A program made the translations under genes and the position numbers. A stretch of 64,000 bases of DNA, taken from the NCBI GenBank assembly GCA_965202805.1, contig OZ241869.1, positions 992,001 through 1,056,000 on the forward strand, given 5' to 3'. Position 1 is the first letter of the stretch. Every line of letters begins with the position of its first letter. Source of the stretch: Longimicrobiales bacterium (GTDB taxonomy: Bacteria; Gemmatimonadota; Gemmatimonadetes; Longimicrobiales; Gaopeijiaceae). This document shows positions 1 through 10,722 of the stretch, one piece after another. Below the pieces are notes generated by a model. That model made no database searches, was not told the origin of the DNA, and saw only the letters and a program-made list of their open reading frames with translations.

Positions 1-1
1 G

Positions 2-1675
2 GACCGCACCGTCGAGCAGCTGGTCGAACTGGTCACGTGCCGGCGAGCCGACGGGAGCGAGGTGGCCCTGAGGCACTTCCCGCTGGAACGGCAGCTTCGC
101 CGCGCAGAGACGGTTCGCGCCGAGGAGATCGAGCTCTCGGTGCCCGACGGCCGGAGCGTGAAGACGCTGATCAACGCGACGCCGATCCAGGGGTCGGACG
201 GCGAGGTCGAGTCGGTCGTGGTCACGATGCAGGACCTGGCGCCCTTCGAGGAGATCGAGCGGATGCGCACGGAGTTCCTCGCGATCGTGGGCCACGAGCT
301 GCGCACGCCGCTCACCTCGATCCAGGGCTCGACCGGCGCGGTGCTCTCTGCCGAGCCGGGGTTCGCGCGGCCCGAGATGATGCAGTTCTTCCGCATCATC
401 GACGAACAGGCGGCCCGGATGGGCGGACTGATCCGCGACCTGCTGGATGCGGGGCGCATCGCGACCGGCACGCTGTCGGTCTCGCCCGGACCCGCGGACG
501 TGGCGGCGCTCGTGGACGCGGCGAGGACGAGTTTCCTGAGCGGCAGCGGCCGCCACGCGGTCGTCGCCGACCTGCCCGCGGACCTGCCCCGCGTGATGGC
601 GGACCGGGAGCGCATCGTCCAGGTCCTGACCAACCTGCTGTCGAACGCGGCCCGGCACTCCGCCGAGTCGTCGCCCATCCGCATCGGCGCACGGCGCGCC
701 CGCGACGCCGTCGAGATTTCGGTCTCCGATCGGGGCCGGGGCATTCCGCCGGAGCAGCTCCCGCACCTCTTCAAGAAGCACGCCGTCGGCGGCGACGGCG
801 CACGCGGTCTCGGGAGCGGTCTCGGCCTGGCCATCTCCAAGGGGCTGGTCGAGGCGCACGGCGGGCGCATCCGGGCCGAGAGCGAGATCGGCCGGGGCGC
901 CCGGTTCACCTTCACGGTCCCGGTGGCCGACGATCCCGCGGCGACGCTCCTGGCGGCGGATCCGGCCCGAGGCCCGGGGGTGATGTTCGGGGAGGGACGG
1001 GAGCCGGTGACGATCCTCGTGGTGGACGACGAGCCCGAGGTGCTCCGCTACGTCCGCGACGTGCTCCGTGCGGCAGGCTACGCCACGGTCTCAACGGGCG
1101 ATCACCGGGAGATCTCCGGCCTGATCCGCACCGAGAAGCCCCACCTCGTCCTGCTCGACCTGATGCTGCCCGGAACGGACGGCGTCAAGCTGATGGAGCG
1201 GGTGCCCGAGCTGGCCGACGTGCCGGTCGTCTTCATCTCCGCCTACGGGCGCGACGAGACGGTCGCCAGGGCGCTCGAAGCCGGGGCGGTCGACTACATC
1301 GTCAAGCCGTTCTCCCCGACGGAACTGACGGCGAGAGTCCGGGCGGCGCTGCGGCGCGGCGGCGAGCCCGCCCCGTTCGAGTCCGAGGGGCTGGCCATCG
1401 ACTACTACAGCCGCCGGGTGACCGTGGCCGGCCGCCCCGTGAAGCTGACGCCGACCGAGTACGAGGTGCTGCGGGTGCTGTCCCGGAACGCGGGGCGGGT
1501 CTCGACCTATCGCTCGCTGCTCAACCAGGCGTGGAGCAAACATCCGGGCAAGGTCGACCCGAAGCTCGTGCACGCCGTCGTGCAGACGCTCCGCCGCAAG
1601 CTGGGCGAGGACGCGTCCCGGGCCGCCTACATTCTGAACGAGCGCGGCGTCGGCTACCGGATGCCCGCCCCGTGA
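2..1675 (+). CDS. Hybrid sensor histidine kinase/response regulator (PAS-HisKA-HATPase-REC-winged-helix), 5'-partial
   Basis: H-box HELRTPL, N-box NLLSNAA, G-boxes [14 protein letters not shown], receiver VVDDE...LLDLMLP...KPF, OmpR-type w[12 protein letters not shown]...ERGVGYR; frame open to the window edge. Confidence 0.9.
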   Translation, partial: DRTVEQLVELVTCRRADGSEVALRHFPLERQLRRAETVRAEEIELSVPDGRSVKTLINATPIQGSDGEVESVVVTMQDLAPFEEIERMRTEFLAIVGHELRTPLTSIQGSTGAVLSAEPGFARPEMMQFFRIIDEQAARMGGLIRDLLDAGRIATGTLSVSPGPADVAALVDAARTSFLSGSGRHAVVADLPADLPRVMADRERIVQVLTNLLSNAARHSAESSPIRIGARRARDAVEISVSDRGRGIPPEQLPHLFKKHAVGGDGARGLGSGLGLAISKGLVEAHGGRIRAESEIGRGARFTFTVPVADDPAATLLAADPARGPGVMFGEGREPVTILVVDDEPEVLRYVRDVLRAAGYATVSTGDHREISGLIRTEKPHLVLLDLMLPGTDGVKLMERVPELADVPVVFISAYGRDETVARALEAGAVDYIVKPFSPTELTARVRAALRRGGEPAPFESEGLAIDYYSRRVTVAGRPVKLTPTEYEVLRVLSRNAGRVSTYRSLLNQAWSKHPGKVDPKLVHAVVQTLRRKLGEDASRAAYILNERGVGYRMPAP

Positions 1676-1741
1676 CCGCTAACCGACGCCCGGGATCACG
1701 CGAGCGGCGCCGGGCAGGCCTGACGGAGCCGGGCTGACGCG

Positions 1742-2179
1742 CTAGTTGAAGGTGTAGGTGCAGACCACCTCCGGGACTTCGTCCGACAAGACCGATGCCA
1801 CCTCGCAGATGGTCTCGTCGCGCACGAACAGCTGCAGGCTCACCTGTGGCGTGGCCTCCGTCTCCGGAGGTCGGCCAACGCTCACGAAAATGCGGGCCCC
1901 ACCGCCCAGTTCGAGATCTGCCCGGTAACCCGGATCGACGGTTGAAGTGTCGGCCGACACGACCTCTTCGCGGCGGTTGCCGAAGTTGTCGAAGATGTAG
2001 ACGAACTGGTTCGACGTGACCAGGGTCAGGGGACCCGGGCCCGGGCCGCCGACGACGATGCTTGCGGTCGTGGGAGCTTCGGTGGGCCCGTCCAGGATCG
2101 AGCACGCCGTCAGGGCCGAGAGGCCCGCAACGGCTGCGAACCAGCTAATCCGCATCCGCTTCGCGGCGCATGCACTCAT
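1742..2179 (-). CDS. Hypothetical lipoprotein
   Basis: Signal peptide with lipobox LTAC; protein-like composition. Confidence 0.65.
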   Translation of the reverse strand: MSACAAKRMRISWFAAVAGLSALTACSILDGPTEAPTTASIVVGGPGPGPLTLVTSNQFVYIFDNFGNRREEVVSADTSTVDPGYRADLELGGGARIFVSVGRPPETEATPQVSLQLFVRDETICEVASVLSDEVPEVVCTYTFN

Positions 2180-2388
2180 GAAATCACCTCATCGCAGGGG
2201 AACCGCGGGGCCCGCGGGCACGGTCGGGACGCCGTGGGCGCCACCTCCCTAATCGTGCCGGATTCGACAACGCTCCGCCAGTGGGCCGGCAGCCGAGGAA
2301 CGACGTGGCCGACCCGCGGCAGGCCCCGGATCCCACGGTGACGCGCCGCCGGAGCGTAGCGGAACGTCGACCCGGGGAGCGGCCCCGG

Positions 2389-2775
2389 TCAGGGAACCAG
2401 CGCGATGGCGTCGATCTCGACGCTCACGTTCCTGGGCAGCGCGCCCGCCTGCACGGTCGAGCGGGCGGGACGATGGTCGCCGAAGTGCTCGGCATACACC
2501 TCGTTCATGGCGGCGAACTCCCCCATGTCGGCCAGGAAGACGGTGGTCTTGACGACGGTGGAAAGCGACGCTCCGGACGCCTCCAGCACGGCCGCCAGAT
2601 TGCGCAACACCTGGTGCGTCTGCTCCTGGATGTCACCCCTGAGTAGCTCGCCCGTCGACGGGACCAGCGGGATCTGCCCGGAGGCGAAGAGAAGCCCGCC
2701 CGCCCGGATCGCCTGGGAATAGGGACCGATGGCCTTCGGGGCGCTGTCCGTGTGCACGACCGTTGTTCCGCTCAT
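2389..2775 (-). CDS. ridA: RidA/YjgF-family enamine/imine deaminase
   Basis: [40 protein letters not shown] motifs. Confidence 0.93.
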   Translation of the reverse strand: MSGTTVVHTDSAPKAIGPYSQAIRAGGLLFASGQIPLVPSTGELLRGDIQEQTHQVLRNLAAVLEASGASLSTVVKTTVFLADMGEFAAMNEVYAEHFGDHRPARSTVQAGALPRNVSVEIDAIALVP

Positions 2776-2781
2776 TGGGTG

Positions 2782-3933
2782 TCAGACTCCTTGGCTGGAT
2801 GCCGTTGTATGGTCGGGTTTCACCCGATTCCAGGACGCGACGCGTCCTCTTCCCTCGATGGGCCAGGTTTCCCAGCGCTCTCCTTCGTGCGCGATGACGC
2901 GGTCCTGCAGGTTCACCGAGACACAGACGTGGTTCGGCAGCAGACGCACCAGCTCGCCCACCCGTGGCCGCCAGTCCGTGCCCGTGACGTCCAGCACGCC
3001 GTGCTCTTCCGACAGGGCGACCACGCGCACCTCCGGCCGGCCGGCGAGGGCGGCGTACCCGGTGCCGGCCGTGTCGTGCAGCTCCTTCGAAAGCGCCTTG
3101 GAGCCCGCGTCCACCACCGCCCGCCCGGGGACCGCCGTGCTCACCACCGTGGCGAGGATCGAGTAGGCGCACTCGTGGTCGCGAGCCACGCCCATGCCGG
3201 TCATGTCCAGGTCGTTGTAGATGACTGTGCCGGCCCGGACCTCGGTCAGGCGGGGAAGCAGGTGGCTGTGCCAGAGCGTGGGGCTCGAGCCGCCGCTTAC
3301 GACCTCGGGGGCCAGGCCGGCTTCGGCGAGCGTCGCGCAGCATGACTCGAGCCGCTCCGCCAGCTCGCCGATCGCCTGCTCCTGCCCCGAGACGTGCGTG
3401 CGGATGTGTCCCGGGTAGAACATGATGCCCCGGTACTCCAGCCCCCCCGCATCGCGCGCCAGCGTCGCCAGCCGGGCGGCCTCGCCCGCCGTCTGCACCC
3501 CCACCCTTCCCAGCCCGACATCCATCTCCACCAGGACGCCGACCGTCCTTGCGGCCGCCCGGGCCGCCCCCGCGAGGCCGAGCAGCGCCACCTCCGAATC
3601 GAGGGCCACGGTCAGCGTGACGCCTTCCGGCAGCGCCATCAGGCGCGCCAGCTTCTTCTCTCCGAGGGGAGGATAGGCGAGCAGCAGGTCATCGCACACC
3701 CGGGACATGACCTCCGCCTCGTGCGGCGTGGCAACGGTGAGCCCCTGCGCGCCGGCTTCCAACTGGATGCGGGCGAGCGCGAGGCTCTTGTGGGTCTTCA
3801 CGTGCGGGCGCCAGGCGATCCCGTGGCGCGCCGTGTAGCCGGCCACCCTGGCCGCGTTGGCGCGCGCCCTCGCCAGGTCCACGAGGGCGACGGGGGTCTC
3901 CGCGTCCGCGAGACCGGCGGGGAGCCCGTTCAC
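2782..3933 (-). CDS. Fold-type III PLP enzyme (D-serine dehydratase/D-threonine aldolase-like, alanine racemase N-domain)
   Basis: TPVALVDL, RPHVKTHK (PLP Lys), GGSSP, DAGSKAL, SEEHG, PNHVC; GTG start overlaps the upstream stop. Confidence 0.85.
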   Translation of the reverse strand: MNGLPAGLADAETPVALVDLARARANAARVAGYTARHGIAWRPHVKTHKSLALARIQLEAGAQGLTVATPHEAEVMSRVCDDLLLAYPPLGEKKLARLMALPEGVTLTVALDSEVALLGLAGAARAAARTVGVLVEMDVGLGRVGVQTAGEAARLATLARDAGGLEYRGIMFYPGHIRTHVSGQEQAIGELAERLESCCATLAEAGLAPEVVSGGSSPTLWHSHLLPRLTEVRAGTVIYNDLDMTGMGVARDHECAYSILATVVSTAVPGRAVVDAGSKALSKELHDTAGTGYAALAGRPEVRVVALSEEHGVLDVTGTDWRPRVGELVRLLPNHVCVSVNLQDRVIAHEGERWETWPIEGRGRVASWNRVKPDHTTASSQGV

Positions 3934-4532
3934 CCGAGGGCCGCCTCCAGGGCGTCGAAGAACTCGCGGTCCTGCTCGGAAACCGGACCGATGCGCACGA
4001 AGCGGATCGTCCCCTCGCGATCGACGAGGTAGGTGGCCGGCAGACCGACGGCATGGAACGCGTCCATCGAGCGCATCTCCGGATCGTGCAGGATCGTGTA
4101 GGTCACGCCGTACTCGCCGGCGAACTCCCGCACGACATCCTCGAACCCGGCGTCGTCGACCGAGATGCCCACGATCTCGAAGCCCCGCCCGCGATGCTCT
4201 TCGTAGAGCGACTGCAGGAAGGGAGTCTCGAACCGGCAGGGCGCGCACCAGGTGGCCCAGAGGTTGACCAGCACCACCTGGCCGCGCAGATCGGAGAGCG
4301 CGATCGCCTCGCCGTCCAGCGTGGCCGCCTGGACGTCGGGCACCGGGTCTCCGGCGACCGGGGGGCCTTCGACGGGCGCGCACGCCGCGCAGAGCCAGAG
4401 GACGGGGAGGGCGGTCCGCAGGAGACCGGCGGCCGATCGTACCGGGATGAACCGGCGGAAGAGGGACCTGATGTCGATGCTCCTGGTTCGAAGGCAGCGT
4501 AGCGCAGTCGAGGGCGCGCGCCGTAAGTTCAA
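3930..4532 (-). CDS. TlpA/ResA-family thiol-disulfide oxidoreductase (lipoprotein-like); start uncertain
   Basis: VNLWATWCAPCRFE CxxC motif, GLPATYLVDREG; TTG start at 4532 is tentative. Confidence 0.85.
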   Translation of the reverse strand: MNLRRAPSTALRCLRTRSIDIRSLFRRFIPVRSAAGLLRTALPVLWLCAACAPVEGPPVAGDPVPDVQAATLDGEAIALSDLRGQVVLVNLWATWCAPCRFETPFLQSLYEEHRGRGFEIVGISVDDAGFEDVVREFAGEYGVTYTILHDPEMRSMDAFHAVGLPATYLVDREGTIRFVRIGPVSEQDREFFDALEAALG

Positions 4533-4701
4533 CCTCCGCTCCCGCAACCGCAACGATGCCGGAGTCAATTCCGGAGGCAACCCTTGCTCGCGCGCGCGGA
4601 CCTTACCCCCGAGCGCCGTGTACTGACGCCATCGCCCGCCACGCTCGCCCACGCCTCCAGTCAGCATCCGGCTGCGCGACGACATACGCCAAGGTCAGGC
4701 C

Positions 4702-7700
4702 ATGACATCCAACTCTTCGTCCGCCGTCCGCCGGAGCCTGCGCGCCGGGATCCTTTCTGCCGTCGCCGCACTGTCGGCCCTGCTCCCGCCCGAACCGATC
4801 GAGGGTCAGTACTTCGGGCGAAACAAGGTGCAGTACGATTCCTTCGACTTCCTGGTCATGAAGACCCCCCACTTCGACATCCACTACTACAACGAGGCCG
4901 CAGTCGCCATCGAGGACGCCGCCCGCATGTCCGAGCGCTGGTACGAGCGGCTGGCCCGCACCTTCCAGCACGAGTTCGAGCGGCCCAAGCCGGTCATCCT
5001 GTACGCCGACCATCCCGACTTCCAGCAGACCAACACCCTCTCGGGGTTCATCAGCGAGGGCACCGGCGGTGTCACCGAGTCGCTCAAGAACCGCGTCATC
5101 ATGCCGCTGGCGGGCACCTATCACGACACCGACCACGTGCTCGGACACGAGCTGGTGCACGCCTTCCAGTACAACATCGCCCAGTCGCGGACCGGAGGCG
5201 GATTGCGCGGCATGGCCCAGTTGCCGCTCTGGGTGGTGGAGGGGATGGCGGAATACCTCTCGGTCGGCAGCGAAGACCCTCTCACGGCCATGTGGCTGCG
5301 CGATGCCCTTCTGCGCGACGATGTGCCGACGCTCGAACAGATGACCCGCGAACGGCGCTTCTTCCCGTACCGCTTCGGCCAGGCCTTCTGGACATACGTT
5401 GGCGGCACCTACGGCGATGAGGCCGTAACCGAGCTGTACCGCCGCTCGCTCCGCGTGGGCTGGGAGAACGCCATCGTGAGCGTGCTGGGCAAGACGCAGG
5501 ACTCGGTGTCGGCGGATTGGCACCGGGCGATCGAGAGCGAGTACCGGCCGCTCATGGCGGGCCGCTCGGCGCCGGGCGAGGTGGGCGCCCTGCTGCTCGC
5601 TCCTTCCACGGGGGCGGGGGGCCAGAACGTGGCTCCCTCGGTCAGCCCCGACGGCCGCTACGTGGCCTTCATCTCCGAGAAGGACCTCTTCTCGGTCGAC
5701 CTGTTCATGGCCGACGCGCGCACCGGGAGAATCATCCGCAGGCTGTCGAGCGCCGCCTCCGACGCGCACATGGACGCGCTCCGCTTCCTGGACTCCTCGG
5801 GTTCATGGTCGCCGGACGGGCAGCTGTTCGTATTCGTGGCGATCGCTGACGGGGACAACCAGCTGGTGATCGTGGACGTCGATAACTCGGACGTGGAACA
5901 GCGCATCGCGGTGGAGACCGCCAACATCGGGGCCATCTCCAACCCCGCCTGGTCGCCGGACGGCCGTTCGATCGTGTTCGCGGGGCAGTCGGGGGGCATC
6001 TCCGACCTGTTCATGATCGACATCGAGACCGAACAGATCACCCGCCTCACCAACGACAAGCACGGGGACATGCAGCCCGCGTTCTCACCCGACGGCTCCA
6101 TGCTCGCCTTCGTCTCCGACCGGGGACCGGAAACGGATTTCACCGACCTCGTCTTCAGCCGCCCGCGCATCGCGCTTCTCGACATGGAGACCCGCGAGGT
6201 GCACACGCTCGACCTGTTCGAGAACGTCAAGCACCTCAACCCGCAGTTCACGCCGGACGGCCGGGGCCTCTACTTCATCTCCGACCAGGACGGCTTCAGC
6301 GACATCTACCGCGTGAATCTTCCCACCGGCGAGATCTACCGGGTGACCAACATCGCGACCGCGGTCAGCGGGATCACGAGCGGTTCGCCGGCCATGAGCG
6401 TCGCCGCCGAAACCGGCACCCTCGTGTTCTCGGTCTTCGATGAGTTCGAGTTCCACATCTACTCGCTCTCCTCGCAGGAGGCGGGGGCGGCTCAGGAACT
6501 GGCGCGCGAGGGTACGGAAATCCCCCTGGGCCGCCTGATTCCGCCGTCGGAGCCGCTCGTGCGCAGCCGGGTCGCGAACTACCTGGCCGATCCGCTCACC
6601 GGATTGCCTCCCTCGGGGACATACCGCTCCGAAGAGGCATCCACCTACGACCCCGGCCTGAAGCTCGACTACGTGGGTCAGCCCATGATCGGCATCGGAG
6701 CCGGGGACATCTACGGCAACAACCTGCAGGGCGGAGCCGCGGCGTTCTTCAGCGACATGCTGGGGGACCGCAGCCTGGGGGTCGCCGTTCAGGCCCAGGG
6801 CACCTTCAAGGATGTGGGCGGACAGTTCCTCTACCAGAACATGAAGCGGCGCTGGAACTGGGGCGTCTCCGGGGGACGAATACCCTATCAGCTGCTGTGG
6901 GCGAGCTTCGAACGTTCGCCGAACGGCATGCCGGCCTACCGGGCCCTTCGGGAGCGAATCTACATCGACTCCGCGATCGGGATGCTCGCGTACCCGTTCT
7001 CGACCACGCAGCGGATCGAGACCCGATTCGGCCTGACCCGCTACTCCTTCGACCTCGAGGAGGAGTACCTCTTCTTCGACCCGCTCGGGCGCCTGATGGA
7101 TCGGCGCGTCCGCGAGCTGGAGGATCCCCAGGCGCCGCTCACGCTCGTTCACGGGGCGATCGCGCTGGTGGGCGACAACTCCTACTCCGCCTTCACGTCG
7201 CCGGTGCGGGGGTCCAGGTACCGCTTCGAGTACGAGAACACGGTGGGCACCGCCGACTTCCATACCCTCACCGCCGACTACCGGCGGTACTTCAATCCGA
7301 TGCGCGAGCTCACCATCGCCTTCAGGGGGATGCACTACGGGCGCTACGGGATCACCGCCGCCGAGACCCAGACCGGCCTGCGCCAGATCTTCCTGGGGTA
7401 CGAGAGCCTCATCCGCGGCTACGCGAGAGAGAGTTTCGACTTCACCGGGTGCGTACAGGTGGAGGTCTGCATGGAATCGGAGCGCTACCGGCAGCTGTTC
7501 GGCCAGCGCATCCAGGTGTTCAACTTCGAGTTCCGGGTGCCCATAACCGGCGTGAGTCAGTTCGGCCTGCTCAACCTGCCTTTCCTTCCCATCGAGCTGG
7601 TCACCTTCGCCGACGTGGGCTTGGCGTGGGACAACTTCGGGGATGTCGATCTGCGCTTTGACAGAACGACGACGGACCGGGTCCCCGTCTTCAGCACCGG

Positions 7701-7818
7701 CATCTCGGCGCGGGCCAACCTGCTCGGCTTCCTGATCCTGGAGAGCTACTACGCCTACCCATTCCAGCGGCCCGACAAGGGCTGGCACTGGGGCTTCACC
7801 CTGGCGCCGGGCTGGTAG
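4702..7818 (+). CDS. Omp85/BamA-TamA-family outer membrane protein with N-terminal HExxH metallopeptidase-like domain and PD40/TolB-like propeller
   Basis: Signal peptide, QYFGRNKVQY, GHELVHAFQ, repeated P(A/S)(W/F/V)SPDG, C-terminal barrel with LIRGY motif and terminal Trp. Confidence 0.8.
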   Translation: MTSNSSSAVRRSLRAGILSAVAALSALLPPEPIEGQYFGRNKVQYDSFDFLVMKTPHFDIHYYNEAAVAIEDAARMSERWYERLARTFQHEFERPKPVILYADHPDFQQTNTLSGFISEGTGGVTESLKNRVIMPLAGTYHDTDHVLGHELVHAFQYNIAQSRTGGGLRGMAQLPLWVVEGMAEYLSVGSEDPLTAMWLRDALLRDDVPTLEQMTRERRFFPYRFGQAFWTYVGGTYGDEAVTELYRRSLRVGWENAIVSVLGKTQDSVSADWHRAIESEYRPLMAGRSAPGEVGALLLAPSTGAGGQNVAPSVSPDGRYVAFISEKDLFSVDLFMADARTGRIIRRLSSAASDAHMDALRFLDSSGSWSPDGQLFVFVAIADGDNQLVIVDVDNSDVEQRIAVETANIGAISNPAWSPDGRSIVFAGQSGGISDLFMIDIETEQITRLTNDKHGDMQPAFSPDGSMLAFVSDRGPETDFTDLVFSRPRIALLDMETREVHTLDLFENVKHLNPQFTPDGRGLYFISDQDGFSDIYRVNLPTGEIYRVTNIATAVSGITSGSPAMSVAAETGTLVFSVFDEFEFHIYSLSSQEAGAAQELAREGTEIPLGRLIPPSEPLVRSRVANYLADPLTGLPPSGTYRSEEASTYDPGLKLDYVGQPMIGIGAGDIYGNNLQGGAAAFFSDMLGDRSLGVAVQAQGTFKDVGGQFLYQNMKRRWNWGVSGGRIPYQLLWASFERSPNGMPAYRALRERIYIDSAIGMLAYPFSTTQRIETRFGLTRYSFDLEEEYLFFDPLGRLMDRRVRELEDPQAPLTLVHGAIALVGDNSYSAFTSPVRGSRYRFEYENTVGTADFHTLTADYRRYFNPMRELTIAFRGMHYGRYGITAAETQTGLRQIFLGYESLIRGYARESFDFTGCVQVEVCMESERYRQLFGQRIQVFNFEFRVPITGVSQFGLLNLPFLPIELVTFADVGLAWDNFGDVDLRFDRTTTDRVPVFSTGISARANLLGFLILESYYAYPFQRPDKGWHWGFTLAPGW

Positions 7819-7914
7819 GCCGAGGGCGGCGCGCTACCGCTTGCCCGGCGGTCGCCGCCGCCTGTCTGTCTGGCGGACGTTACGCCGGAATCGGCTGCCG
7901 GAACCCGCGGGCCG

Positions 7915-8871
7915 TCAGAAGATCGAGAGGCTGATGTACCTGCCGGGATTCTCCCGGATGTCGTCCAGCAGCAGCTGAAGGCTCGATGCGGCCGCGGTCA
8001 GGTTGACGTAGAGCGAGTCGTCGTGGGACAGCATTCCCAGCGTACCCTCCCCCCGCTCAACGCGAGCCAGGATCCCGCGCAGGTCGGTAATCGCCGGTTC
8101 GAGGACCTCGAGGTTCCGGTTGACGGCCGCGAGCGCGGAGTCCGCCCGCATGGCGGCGCTCTCGAGCGCGGGCGCCGTTGACGACGTCGTGCTGCTCACC
8201 GCGCGCGCGGCCTCGTTGATCGACTCCACGAGCTGGGCGAGCTCGCTCCGCTGCTCCCGCCCGATGGCCGCCAGATCCGTCAGCAGGGACTCGAGCTCCT
8301 GCGCGCTCGCCTGAAACGACGCCACCGTGGGCTCGGTCAGCAGGTCGGCGACCCGCTGGATCACGTCGGTGGCTTCGTCCCCGATATCCGACACGATTCC
8401 GAAGACGTCGGAAGTCACAGTCCCCTCAAGGACGTCGCCGCCCTCCGCCATGGCGGGGGAGTTTCCGGGCAGAATCTCCACGGTGCGGCCTCCGAGCAGG
8501 CCGATGCCCACCAGCCGCACCTGCGAGTCACCGGGAATCTCGTATTCCCCTTCGATCTCGAGCTCGATGCTCACCCCCTCGGGCACCATGACGAAGCTCA
8601 TCACACGCCCGATGTTGACGCCGCGCATCTGCACGGGATCGGATCTTCGCAGGCCTCCCGCGTTCTCCACCACGGCCATGACCGAGTAGCGCCCGCGGAA
8701 CATGGACGGATCGGTCAGCATGAAGAGGGCGATCAGCGTGGCCAGCACTCCGGCTACGATGAAGATCCCGACGCGCGCCTCGCTCATGAGCGCCCGCGGC
8801 GGGACGGCCTGGCTGAGTTCCGCGTCCGAGGGCCCGGAACTCGTCCGGTAGTCTGTTTCCGCTTCGTTCAT
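7915..8871 (-). CDS. mlaD: MlaD/MCE-family protein
   Basis: N-terminal TM, GGLRRSDPVQMRGVNIGRV MCE motif, GTLGML..DDSLY..NPGRY C-terminus. Confidence 0.88.
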   Translation of the reverse strand: MNEAETDYRTSSGPSDAELSQAVPPRALMSEARVGIFIVAGVLATLIALFMLTDPSMFRGRYSVMAVVENAGGLRRSDPVQMRGVNIGRVMSFVMVPEGVSIELEIEGEYEIPGDSQVRLVGIGLLGGRTVEILPGNSPAMAEGGDVLEGTVTSDVFGIVSDIGDEATDVIQRVADLLTEPTVASFQASAQELESLLTDLAAIGREQRSELAQLVESINEAARAVSSTTSSTAPALESAAMRADSALAAVNRNLEVLEPAITDLRGILARVERGEGTLGMLSHDDSLYVNLTAAASSLQLLLDDIRENPGRYISLSIF

Positions 8872-9668
8872 GTCGTTGCCACCAGGTCTACCGCCGCCTC
8901 GGCGGCGGTTCTGTCCACGAATGCTCTCACGATCGGATCGCTGCTTACCCGGAAGGCCGTGGGGCTGCCGAGGAACCGCAGCCGCCCACCTTCCAGCATC
9001 GCCACCCGGTTACACATCTCCAGCCCTCCCTCGATGTCGTGGGTCACGATGACCGAAGTCACATCCAGTTCGCGGGAGAGACGCCGGATCTGACGCTGCA
9101 CTCCCGCGGTGTTGACCGGATCCAGCCCGGTGGTCGGTTCATCCCAGAGGAGGATGTCCGGCCCTCCCACGATGGCGCGCGCGATCCCCACCCGCTTCTT
9201 CATCCCTCCGGAGAGCTCGGCGGGAAGCTTGGTCATCACTTCACGCGGGTCCAGGAGCACCCGTTCCAGCGCCTGCCACACCAGTCGCGCGATGCGCATG
9301 CCGGTCATGGCGCGAAGACGCCTGAGAGGCAGTCCCGTCTCCACGTTCTCGAAGACGTTGAGGGAGTCGAAGAGCGCCGCATGCTGAAACACGTACCCGA
9401 CCTTGTCGCGGATCTGCCGCAGGTCCCTGCGATCCCCGAAGAACACCGACCTGCCGTCCACCTCCACGTCGCCCCGGTCCGGCACGATGAGGCCGATGGT
9501 GGTCTTGAGCAGGACGCTCTTGCCGGCGCCCGAGGCGCCGAAGAGGCCGAACATCTCTCCCGGGTGGATGTCCAGGTCGATGCCCTCCAGCACGGGGAGG
9601 TCGAACGCCTTGTGGACTCCTCGATACCGGATGACCGGACGAGTCTGCATCGCGCCAGCAGTCCCCAC
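8868..9668 (-). CDS. mlaF: MlaF-like ABC ATPase
   Basis: Walker A GASGAGKS, LSGGMKKRVGIAR, DEPTTGLDP, VTHD. Confidence 0.9.
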   Translation of the reverse strand: MGTAGAMQTRPVIRYRGVHKAFDLPVLEGIDLDIHPGEMFGLFGASGAGKSVLLKTTIGLIVPDRGDVEVDGRSVFFGDRRDLRQIRDKVGYVFQHAALFDSLNVFENVETGLPLRRLRAMTGMRIARLVWQALERVLLDPREVMTKLPAELSGGMKKRVGIARAIVGGPDILLWDEPTTGLDPVNTAGVQRQIRRLSRELDVTSVIVTHDIEGGLEMCNRVAMLEGGRLRFLGSPTAFRVSSDPIVRAFVDRTAAEAAVDLVATT

Positions 9669-9674
9669 GGGCCG

Positions 9675-10478
9675 TTAGTCCAGCAGGAGGGGTGGGAAGA
9701 GTGCGTCCATGATCAGAACCGCCAGCGTCATGAACATGACCGCCTGCGTCGTCGTCTTGCCGACTCCTTCGGCTCCTCCCTCCGTCCGCAGTCCCATGTG
9801 GATGGCGACCACGGGGATCGTGAAGCCGAAGACGAGCGCCTTCGTGAGCGAGTAGAAGAGATCCCAGGACTGCCAGTAGAGACGAGCCCCGTACAGGAAG
9901 CTGTTGGGCCCGAGCCCCACGGTGAGCTGCGCCGAGACCATGCCCGCCAGGATTCCCACCAGGTTTGCGATCGCGACCAGGATGGGAACCACGATGATGC
10001 CCGCGACCACCCTGGGAGCGGCCAGAATCGACACCGGATCCCGCCCTACGCTGTAGAAGGCGTCGATCTGCTCGGAGACCTTCATGGTCCCGAGTTCCGC
10101 GGTGATGCGGGCGCCTACGCGGCCCACCAGGACGATCGCGGTCAGCACCGGTCCCATCTCCAGGACCACCGACTCGGCGACGATGCTGCCCAGCACGTAA
10201 AGGGGGATGGCCCCGGTGAACTGGTAGCCGCCCTGCTGGCTGGTGACGATGCCGGCGAGCACGGCCGTCAGGACCACGATGGGGATGCTCTGCACGCCCA
10301 TCACGTACATCTGGCGCAGGATCGACCGCAGCGAGACCCGGAGGCCCACGAGTGCGGCGACGATGTCGCGCAGCAGGATCGCGATCTCGCCGGAGTGCTG
10401 CAGCACGGTGCGGCCGGCGCGCGCCACCTGCGCCAGTCCGCGTTCGACCCGGGAAGGGGCCTCGGAGCGCCCCGTCAC
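9675..10478 (-). CDS. mlaE: MlaE-like ABC permease
   Basis: EMGPVLTAIVLVGRVGARITAELGTMKVSEQIDA, GGAEGVGKTTT; GTG start inferred. Confidence 0.9.
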   Translation of the reverse strand: MTGRSEAPSRVERGLAQVARAGRTVLQHSGEIAILLRDIVAALVGLRVSLRSILRQMYVMGVQSIPIVVLTAVLAGIVTSQQGGYQFTGAIPLYVLGSIVAESVVLEMGPVLTAIVLVGRVGARITAELGTMKVSEQIDAFYSVGRDPVSILAAPRVVAGIIVVPILVAIANLVGILAGMVSAQLTVGLGPNSFLYGARLYWQSWDLFYSLTKALVFGFTIPVVAIHMGLRTEGGAEGVGKTTTQAVMFMTLAVLIMDALFPPLLLD

Positions 10479-10722
10479 GGCCGGGAATCCGCGAGCGGCG
10501 CAGGCGCCGAACCCGTTCCGGCGAATGGCCCGATGCTCCTCATGCCTGCCGTTTTCTCCCTGGGTAACCTGCTGAGGTACAAGGGCTCTCCAACCAGTGC
10601 GCCACGAAGTGCCGCCGGGTACGCGCAGGATCCGCCCGCGCGCGCAGCCCATCGGCGTGGGAAGCATCTACGATTGCGGAGCCGATGGCAAGGGATCGCG
10701 GCTCCACCCGCGCATCATCGGC

